NCBI RefSeq assembly: GCF_000284115.1
Contig: NC_017080.1
Coordinates: forward strand, 3,210,001 to 3,242,000
Length of the DNA stretch: 32,000 bases
From: Phycisphaera mikurensis NBRC 102666
Lineage (GTDB): Bacteria > Planctomycetota > Phycisphaerae > Phycisphaerales > Phycisphaeraceae
Direction of reading: 5' to 3'
Each line of letters opens with the position of its first letter. The first letter of the stretch is position 1. Shown here piece after piece: positions 26,051 to 32,000 of the stretch. A model generated the notes under the pieces. The model was not told where the DNA came from, did no database searches, and saw only the letters and a list, made by a program, of their open reading frames with translations. Position numbers and translations under genes: made by a program.

Positions 26051-26878
26051 ATGGAACAACGACCGCACGAAGCGCCGCGCAGCGAGGTCATGGAGACCCT
26101 GGATGACTGGCGCAACGCCTGGGAGCGCTACGGGTCGGTGATCATGACCGTCGTGGCGGTCGTTCTGATCGTCTTCGCGGTCACCCGCTACCTCTCCACC
26201 AGCCGCTCGGCCGCGCACAACGAGGCGTGGTCGTCGCTGGCGGCCTCCACCGCCCCCGCCAGCTACGTGGCGGTCGCGGGGGAGACCGCCAACGGCGGCG
26301 TGCGGCAGAACGCCCGCCTCGCCGCCGCCGACCTGCTGCTCGACGAGGCGATCCGCGACCCCACCGCCGCCGGCGAGGCCGGCACCGCCCTGCTCGACCG
26401 CGCCGAGAAGCAGTACCAGGCCGTGCTCGACGAGGCCCGGGCCGCCCGCGCCGGTGCCGCCGGCCACCCGCTCTACGAACTCAACGCCCTGGAGGGGCTG
26501 GCCGTGGTCGCCGAAGCCCGGCGCGACGCCGAGCTCGCCCGCACGCGTTTCGAGGCGGTCATCGCGGCCGCCGAGGCGATGCCCGGCATGGGCCGCTGGT
26601 CGGCCCGGGCCCGCGGCCACATCGAGGCGCTCCCGCTGCTGAGCGAGGAGGTCGTCTTCGCGCCGGAGCCGGAGCCGGAGCCGACGCCCGAGGCGGAGCC
26701 GGGAGCGGGCGCCGACCCCGCCGCCGACCCCGCCGGATCGCCCACGCCCGACGCCTCGGCCACGCCCGGCGATGCGTCCACGCCCGGCGATGCGTCCACG
26801 CCCGGCGACGAGGCCGCCGGCGGATCCCTGATCGACGCCCCCGCCGACGCCGAGCCCGCTCCCGCGCCCGCCCCGTGA
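26051..26878 (+). CDS. Membrane-anchored TPR-like protein (YfgM-like architecture) with a Pro/Asp/Ala-rich tail
   Basis: 275 aa from ATG 26051; in-frame tail of track ORF 25349..26878. Short cytoplasmic N-terminus, one TM (VIMTVVAVVLIVFAV), then a helical region (ARLAAADLLLDEAI, AEKQYQAVLDEA, LEGLAVVAEARRD). Confidence 0.5.
   Translation: MEQRPHEAPRSEVMETLDDWRNAWERYGSVIMTVVAVVLIVFAVTRYLSTSRSAAHNEAWSSLAASTAPASYVAVAGETANGGVRQNARLAAADLLLDEAIRDPTAAGEAGTALLDRAEKQYQAVLDEARAARAGAAGHPLYELNALEGLAVVAEARRDAELARTRFEAVIAAAEAMPGMGRWSARARGHIEALPLLSEEVVFAPEPEPEPTPEAEPGAGADPAADPAGSPTPDASATPGDASTPGDASTPGDEAAGGSLIDAPADAEPAPAPAP
26742..26813 (+). repeat. 18-bp tandem repeat (about 4 units, 2 identical) in the tail of the YfgM-like gene
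   Basis: CCACGCCCGGCGATGCGT occurs at 26760-26777 and again at 26778-26795, flanked by diverged units. It encodes TPGDAS TPGDAS TPGDEA. Confidence 0.85.
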
Positions 26879-28122
26879 GCGAAGCCTCCACGCCAGCCGC
26901 CGGGGGCGAGGACCGCCTCCCCGCCGGCGGCCGCTACGAGGCCAGAAGCCTCGACGATCTCGACGCCGTCGGCGCCGAGACGAAGACCTGGACGCTCGGC
27001 CACGACACCGGCCTCCGCCTCGACAGACACCTGCAGAACCACGGCGGCGGCATGTCCCGCGCGCAGCTGCAGAAGCTCATCGCGATGGGCGCGGTCACCG
27101 TCAACGGCCAGCCCGGCAAGGCCTCTCAGAAGCTGCGAGCCGGCGACGCGATCGCGATGCGGGTGCCGCCCAAGCCCGGCAGCGACCTCTCGCCCCAGGA
27201 GATCCCGCTGTCGGTCCTCTACGAGGACGACCTGATGATCGTCGTCAACAAGGACGCCGGCATCATCGTCCACCCCGCCCGCAGCTACACCAGCGGGACG
27301 ATGCTCAACGCGCTCGCGCACCACTTCCGGCGCGACGCCGAGGGCGGAGGCGGGGAGGCCGACGCGCTCAGCGGCGTCGGCTCGGCGGAGGCCCGCCCCG
27401 GCGTGGTCCACCGGCTGGACATGAACACCACCGGCTGCATCGTCTTCGCCAAGGACGAGGCCTCGCACCACGCGATCGCGAAGCAGTTCGAGCACCGCAC
27501 GAACCTGAAGTGCTACCTCGCCCTGGTCCACGGCAACCCCGACCCGGCGTCCGGCGCGGTCGACGCCCCGATCGGCAAGCACCCCACGATCCGCGAGGCC
27601 ATGGCCGTGCGGCACGACGAGAAGGCCCGCAGCGCGCTCACGCTCTACCGCGTCCGCCGCTTCTACGACGGCTACGCCCTGGTCGAGTGCGAGCTGAAGA
27701 CAGGCCGCACGCACCAGATCCGCGTGCACATGCAGTACATTGGCCACCCGATCGTCGGCGACATCCCCTACGGCGGCCTTCCAACCGGCCTGCCCGAGCT
27801 GCAGAACCCCCCCGAGCACGTGCCCGGCGGCCGCCCCGGGCTCACCCACGCGACCACCAAGGCCGAGGGCCAGAAGATGGAAGCCGCCTTCCGCGAGCGG
27901 CTCGCCGCCGCCGAAACCGCCGGCGACGACAGCCCGCTGATCGGCACGCCCGCCCTGCACGCCGGCCTGCTCGAGATCGAGCACCCGCGCACGGGCGAGC
28001 GGATGCGCTTCACCGCCCCGCTGCACGACCGCATGGGCGCGGTGGTCGGCTGGCTCGAAGCCCACGCCCATCCCCGCCCCGGCGTCACCGACGGCACCCA
28101 CCTGCCCGTCCCGGGCAAGTGA
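26875..28122 (+). CDS. rluD: RluA-family 23S rRNA pseudouridine synthase (RluD-like)
   Basis: 415 aa from GTG 26875 (GTGA overlap with the upstream stop); in-frame tail of track ORF 26227..28122. S4-like RLDRHLQN...SRAQLQKLIAMGAVTVNG, catalytic HRLDMNTTG, GRTHQIRVHMQYIGHPIVGD. Has a C-terminal insertion/extension. Confidence 0.75.
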   Translation: MSEASTPAAGGEDRLPAGGRYEARSLDDLDAVGAETKTWTLGHDTGLRLDRHLQNHGGGMSRAQLQKLIAMGAVTVNGQPGKASQKLRAGDAIAMRVPPKPGSDLSPQEIPLSVLYEDDLMIVVNKDAGIIVHPARSYTSGTMLNALAHHFRRDAEGGGGEADALSGVGSAEARPGVVHRLDMNTTGCIVFAKDEASHHAIAKQFEHRTNLKCYLALVHGNPDPASGAVDAPIGKHPTIREAMAVRHDEKARSALTLYRVRRFYDGYALVECELKTGRTHQIRVHMQYIGHPIVGDIPYGGLPTGLPELQNPPEHVPGGRPGLTHATTKAEGQKMEAAFRERLAAAETAGDDSPLIGTPALHAGLLEIEHPRTGERMRFTAPLHDRMGAVVGWLEAHAHPRPGVTDGTHLPVPGK

Positions 28123-28124
28123 AT

Positions 28125-28170
28125 CCGCGGACCGCCGCGGCGTCCGAGGCTTTCCGCCCGCGGTCCGCGG
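28125..28170 (+). terminator. Stem-loop directly after the rluD stop (possible U-tract-less terminator)
   Basis: CCGCGGACCGC (28125-28135) pairs perfectly with GCGGTCCGCGG (28160-28170) around a 24-nt loop. It starts 3 nt after the TGA. No T-run follows. Confidence 0.3.
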
Positions 28171-28204
28171 GCTCCGGATCCGCGGGCTGCCGGCACGAGC
28201 GGGG

Positions 28205-28232
28205 TTGATTCTGAGATCGACATCGGTAAACT
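28205..28232 (+). promoter_or_regulatory. Possible sigma-70-type promoter upstream of the LacI-family gene
   Basis: TTGATT (28205-28210), a 16-nt spacer, then TAAACT (28227-28232), in a locally AT-richer patch about 75 nt upstream of ATG 28306. Confidence 0.3.
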
Positions 28233-28305
28233 TGTTCCCGCGGGTACCTTTCTTCTCCGACCCGCACCGTCCGAGGTCGCCCCTCGCCCCTTCTGGGACA
28301 CGTCC

Positions 28306-29361
28306 ATGGCCACCCCCACCCTCCAAGACATCGCCGACATCGTCGGCGTCTCGCGGGTCACGGTTTCCCGGGTCCTGCGCGGCAAGGTGAAGGGCTGCTG
28401 GCCCAAATCCGCCGCCCAGGCGCAGCGGATCCGCGACGTGGCGGAGGAGATCGGCTACCGGGTCGACTGGAAAGCCCGGACCCTCAAGACGGGCAAGACC
28501 TTCATGGTCGGCCTGCTGTCGACGGAGAAGAAGTCCACCCAGATCCACGACGCCAGCCTGCTCGGCGGCCTGGTGGAGGGCCTCGGCGACGCCGGCTACC
28601 ACCTGACCTTCGTCCGGGTGGCGGCGGGCGCCCGCGGCAGCGGCTTCGCCGATTCCCGCTTCGACGGTCTGCTCATAGATTATCACCTCGAGCCCGAGGA
28701 GATCGCCGTCATCCAGGAGGCGCAGCTCCCCGCGGTGATCATCAACGCCCCGGGGCTGCCCGGCGTCGACTCGGTGATGCCCGACCACCGTGCCGCCGGC
28801 CGCCTCGCGGCCGGCCACCTGCTCGGGCTGGGCCACCGGCGGATCGCGATGCTCCACGCGCCGACGTCGGAGCACAAGAACTGGCCGCGGCACATGTACG
28901 AGGGCTGGCGCAGCGGCTTGCTGGCCGCGATGCGGAGAGCCGGGTGCGGCGACGGCTTCCGCGACGTCATCCCCGAAGCGCTGACCCGCGAGGAACACGA
29001 CGCCGCCTACGCCTCCGCCCTCGACCAGGTCTTCGCCGAGGCCGAGCCGCCCACCGCCCTGGTCACGCTCAACAGCGAGCAGGCGATGAACGTCGGCCTG
29101 AGGAACCTCCGCCGCCTCGGCCTGGACTGCCCCCGCGACGTCAGCCTCCTGTGCATGCACGGCGTCGAGGCCCACGGCTGGACGTCGCCGGAGCTCACCG
29201 ACCTGGACTTCGACTTCGCGGAGATCGGCCGCCGCGCGGCCCGGCTCCTGCTGCATCAGATGGAGCCCGATCGCGAGCAAGCCAAAGCGAAGCTCTGCAC
29301 CGCCCCGAAGCCGCGGCTCATGATCCGGGGTTCCACGGCGCCGGCGCCGGCCGGCCGCTGA
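28306..29361 (+). CDS. LacI-family transcriptional regulator
   Basis: 351 aa. N-terminal HTH TLQDIADIVGVSRVTVSRVLRGK followed by a periplasmic-binding-protein-like sugar-binding fold (GYRVDWKARTLKTGKT, VDSVMPDH, GHRRIAML). Confidence 0.9.
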   Translation: MATPTLQDIADIVGVSRVTVSRVLRGKVKGCWPKSAAQAQRIRDVAEEIGYRVDWKARTLKTGKTFMVGLLSTEKKSTQIHDASLLGGLVEGLGDAGYHLTFVRVAAGARGSGFADSRFDGLLIDYHLEPEEIAVIQEAQLPAVIINAPGLPGVDSVMPDHRAAGRLAAGHLLGLGHRRIAMLHAPTSEHKNWPRHMYEGWRSGLLAAMRRAGCGDGFRDVIPEALTREEHDAAYASALDQVFAEAEPPTALVTLNSEQAMNVGLRNLRRLGLDCPRDVSLLCMHGVEAHGWTSPELTDLDFDFAEIGRRAARLLLHQMEPDREQAKAKLCTAPKPRLMIRGSTAPAPAGR

Positions 29362-29463
29362 TCGACCGTTCCTGAAGGCCGGGCCGGACGGCGGCTCCTC
29401 GATCGCCCTTCTTCCGCCCGCCGCTCCCGCGGCGACCTCTCGTTTCCACCGTTCGAGTCATCG

Positions 29464-30432
29464 ATGAACATCTCCCCCCGCATGCCGCGTCGCTCCGCCT
29501 TCACGCTCATCGAGCTGCTGGTGGTCATCTCCATCATCGCCCTCCTGATCGGCATCCTGCTGCCGGCCCTGGGGGCGGCGCGAGCGATCGCGCGGCAGTC
29601 CGCCTGCCTCAGCAACATCCGCCAGGTCAACATCGCCGCGGTGACGTACGCGACCGACAGCAAGGATTACCTGCCGTACCAGGCCTGGATGAACGTCCCG
29701 GTGACCGCGGGGGGGACCAGCGGGCACAACGTGATGGCCTACGACGACCTGATCTCCGGCTATCTCGGGAACGAGCGGCCCACCGCCACGAAGTACTCGC
29801 CCAACCTCCTGGGCGGCAACAACCCCGCGTACGTGCTGAAGGTCCTGGTCTGCCCCTCCGACGACGTGCAGCGTGCTCTGTACGGCACGCCCAACGACGA
29901 CATCCACAAGCGGAGCTACTCCGCCGTTTCCGGCGCCCGGGTGGCCAACCCGGCCCGCCCATCGGGGACCACCGGCTTCCTGGGCACCGCGAACGCGCAG
30001 TTCGCGAGCGCGCCCGACCCGACGATCAAGCAGATCCAGATCGCCGACATCCTCGACGCGCCCGGAACGCTGACCTACGCCGAGCACCACATCCCCAAGA
30101 ACGTGCAGGGGGCATTCGACTTCCAGAGCGGCTGGCTCATCGAGCCCGGCGTCCAGTACATGACGGACCGCAACGCGACCGGAGCCGCGGACGCGCCGGT
30201 CCAGCACCTCCCGCACGGCTCCCGCACCGGCGCGGTGGGGGATCCGCTGGACACGGTCAACGGCCTCTTCAACTACGCCTTCGCCGACGGCCACGCCTCC
30301 ACCCTCGGCAGCCGAGAAACGTACCGCTACGACCGCGTCGGCACCGTCGCGAAGGAGCAGAACGTCGGGGGCGCCTGGACCCGCGCCTCCGGCGACGTCG
30401 ACCCCTCCACCTTCAACTACGGCCGCTACTGA
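29464..30432 (+). CDS. Type II secretion / type IV pilin-like pseudopilin with a prepilin N-terminal methylation domain (planctomycete DUF1559-like)
   Basis: 322 aa. RRSAFTLIELLVVISIIALLIGILLPALGAARAIARQSACLSNIRQV is the class III signal plus hydrophobic helix. C-terminal LFNYAFADGHAS is typical of the expanded planctomycetal/verrucomicrobial family. The residue before the Phe is Ala, not the usual Gly. Confidence 0.85.
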   Translation: MNISPRMPRRSAFTLIELLVVISIIALLIGILLPALGAARAIARQSACLSNIRQVNIAAVTYATDSKDYLPYQAWMNVPVTAGGTSGHNVMAYDDLISGYLGNERPTATKYSPNLLGGNNPAYVLKVLVCPSDDVQRALYGTPNDDIHKRSYSAVSGARVANPARPSGTTGFLGTANAQFASAPDPTIKQIQIADILDAPGTLTYAEHHIPKNVQGAFDFQSGWLIEPGVQYMTDRNATGAADAPVQHLPHGSRTGAVGDPLDTVNGLFNYAFADGHASTLGSRETYRYDRVGTVAKEQNVGGAWTRASGDVDPSTFNYGRY

Positions 30433-30647
30433 GCCACCTCGGCCTCCTCGGCCCGCCGCCGGGGGCACCGCCACGCCACGCCGCGCCGCGGGCCGCGCGC
30501 GGGACTTTGCCGCGTGGCCGCAAGGCCCGCCCGCCTCCCCGGCGGAGGCCGCCCGAGGCCGAACCGTAACGCCCGCACGCCCCCCCGCGGCCGCGCGGGT
30601 TCGGATCCGCCGCCACGGGGGCGAGCGTTTGTCTCCCGGACCTCTCC

Positions 30648-32000
30648 ATGAAGAATCTCCTCCTCGCGAGCCTCACCCCGCTGCTCCTCGCCGCGGCCAC
30701 CGCCGCGGCCTCCCGCACGACCGCCTCCGCCGCTTGGCTTGCCGCCGCTGGAGGCGCGCAGATCGCCGGCTCGCCCGTGGAGGCGGAGAAGGCGACGCGC
30801 GGCACGACGGAGGTGGAACCGCGGACCAACCCGATCGACCGCGACCTGGTGGAGCGGCTCGGGCCGGACGCCGAGCTCGTCATCGCCGGGAACCGGCCCG
30901 CCGACTTCCGCGGCCCCGGGCCGGACCCGACCTCGCGGCTGACGCTCGTGCCCGTGGCGGGCGAGGATTTCGTGCAGGCCGCCCGAGTGAGCGTCGGCGA
31001 GGCGACCGACCCCATCTGGGACGCGCAGCTGACCTCGCCGCCGTCCACCGCCGCCGTGAAGAAGGGCGACGTGCTCTTCGGCTCGCTGGACCTGCGGGCC
31101 GTGAGCGAGAAGGAGTCCGGCGGCGGCCAGTTCGTCGGCTGGCTCCAGAACGGCGGCAGCGACTGGCACGGCTTCCGCAAGCTCGAGGGCGCCCCGGGCG
31201 CCGCCTGGCAGCGCCGCCACTTCGCGCTGAAGGCGGACGCGGACGCCGCGGCGGGCGAGATGGATTTCGTCTTCCAGCTGGGCATGATCCCGCAGGCGTT
31301 CGAGGTCGCCAACGTGCTGCTGTGGAACCTCGGCCCCGACGCCGAGCTCGACCGCCTGCCCAAAACCCGCCTGACCTACGAGGGCCAGGCCCCCGACGCG
31401 CCCTGGCGGGCGGAGGCCCGGCGGCGGATCGACGCGCACCGCAAAGCGGACCTGCGGGTTGCCGTCGTCGACGCGGCGGGCGAGCCGGTCCGCGGGGCAC
31501 GCGTCCGCGTCGCGATGGACAGGCTCGGCTTCGGCATCGGCACCTTCCTTTCCGACAGGCACGTCGCCGCCGACGACGCGACCGCGCAGCGCTACAAGCG
31601 GACGGTGCTCGCGCACTTCAACCGGGTCACCGCGCCGAGCTACGGGGCCCAGGCCTGGGGCTGGCCCGATCCGGCGTCCCGCGAGCGGTACCTGGCCACC
31701 CTCGCTTGGGCGTCCGAGCAGGACCTGACCCTCAAGGCCCACCCGATCGTGTGGTCCCGCTTCGACTGGATGCCGCGGTCGTTCAGCGAGGCCAGAGACG
31801 ACCCCTCGGCGTTGCGGGCGGAGATCGAGCGCTACATCACCGAGGTCGCGACGATCCTCGCCGAACACCGGGTGGAGGAGGTCGACGCGCTCAACGAGCC
31901 GGTGCTCTTCCACGAGTTCGACGACGTCATCCGCGCGCCCGGCCTCCGCGCGGCGTGGTTCGAGGCCGCGCACGACGCGGCGCCGCGGATGCGGCTCTTG
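30648..32000 (+). CDS. Secreted CBM4_9-like plus GH10-like glycoside hydrolase (partial, runs off the window end)
   Basis: Not in the supplied track because no stop is reached. My own translation from ATG 30648 stays open for 451 codons to nt 32000. Signal peptide MKNLLLASLTPLLLAAATAAA. CBM-like region (DPIWDAQLTS...GDVLFGSLDLRAV...AAWQRRHFALKA...FVFQLGMIPQAFEVANVLLW). Then GH10-like HFNRVTAP, LKAHPIVWSRFDWMP, EVDALNEP (acid/base Glu context). The antisense ORF 30426..31973 is junk-like. Confidence 0.6.
   Translation, partial: MKNLLLASLTPLLLAAATAAASRTTASAAWLAAAGGAQIAGSPVEAEKATRGTTEVEPRTNPIDRDLVERLGPDAELVIAGNRPADFRGPGPDPTSRLTLVPVAGEDFVQAARVSVGEATDPIWDAQLTSPPSTAAVKKGDVLFGSLDLRAVSEKESGGGQFVGWLQNGGSDWHGFRKLEGAPGAAWQRRHFALKADADAAAGEMDFVFQLGMIPQAFEVANVLLWNLGPDAELDRLPKTRLTYEGQAPDAPWRAEARRRIDAHRKADLRVAVVDAAGEPVRGARVRVAMDRLGFGIGTFLSDRHVAADDATAQRYKRTVLAHFNRVTAPSYGAQAWGWPDPASRERYLATLAWASEQDLTLKAHPIVWSRFDWMPRSFSEARDDPSALRAEIERYITEVATILAEHRVEEVDALNEPVLFHEFDDVIRAPGLRAAWFEAAHDAAPRMRLL

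Noticed and set aside
26473-29280. 935-aa minus-strand ORF across the YfgM-like, RluD-like and LacI genes.
   Set aside because: It is antisense to three genes with clear motifs (HRLD...TTG, GRTHQIR, LacI HTH). Its composition is junk-like.
30426-31973. 515-aa minus-strand ORF, with 30413..31363 and 30880..31500, at the right end of the window.
   Set aside because: These are antisense to an open-ended plus-strand frame starting at ATG 30648. That frame has a signal peptide, a CBM-like region and GH10-like motifs. The minus-strand translations are Arg/Gly/Val/Asp-rich without motifs.

Overview
Very GC-rich bacterial chromosomal segment (by eye well above 65 percent GC, not computed). Stop codons are rare, so long spurious ORFs appear in almost every frame. 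I chose real genes by G/C bias at codon position 3, recognisable motifs and operon logic. The gene content suggests Planctomycetota, possibly Phycisphaerae-like (inference only): a DUF1559-like FTLIELLVV pseudopilin, LE-x-LE-x-R N-terminal strings and giant beta-helix proteins.

Content from left to right:
1. A pilM-pilN-pilO-PilP/GspC-like-GspE/PilB ATPase operon (10-5385).
2. A convergent pair of an FCY1-type cytosine deaminase and a C39-like peptidase.
3. An alpha/beta hydrolase-deoC-M50 protease operon.
4. A 370-bp convergent intergenic region with a 136-bp rod-like imperfect palindrome, followed by a candidate small RNA with a strong intrinsic terminator.
5. An M42-like peptidase and a YihY-family protein.
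6. A minus-strand surface-glycan-like cluster (11981-21248): GT4, a UDP-GlcA-epimerase-like gene and two paralogous giant beta-helix proteins bracketing a CPBP intramembrane protease. A second, divergent GT follows.
7. rnpA, then a long YihY-like gene whose 3' end runs antisense into tRNA-His.
8. A putative lipoprotein, a YfgM-like protein and an RluD-like synthase.
9. A LacI regulator, a pseudopilin and a CBM/GH10-like glycosidase. The last runs off the window end and is missing from the supplied ORF track.

No CRISPR array, rRNA, transposase or integrase was seen. The best candidates for something undescribed are the beta-helix/CPBP module, the structured intergenic RNA region at 9427-9729, and the atypical pilMNO-ATPase and LacI-pseudopilin-glycosidase arrangements.
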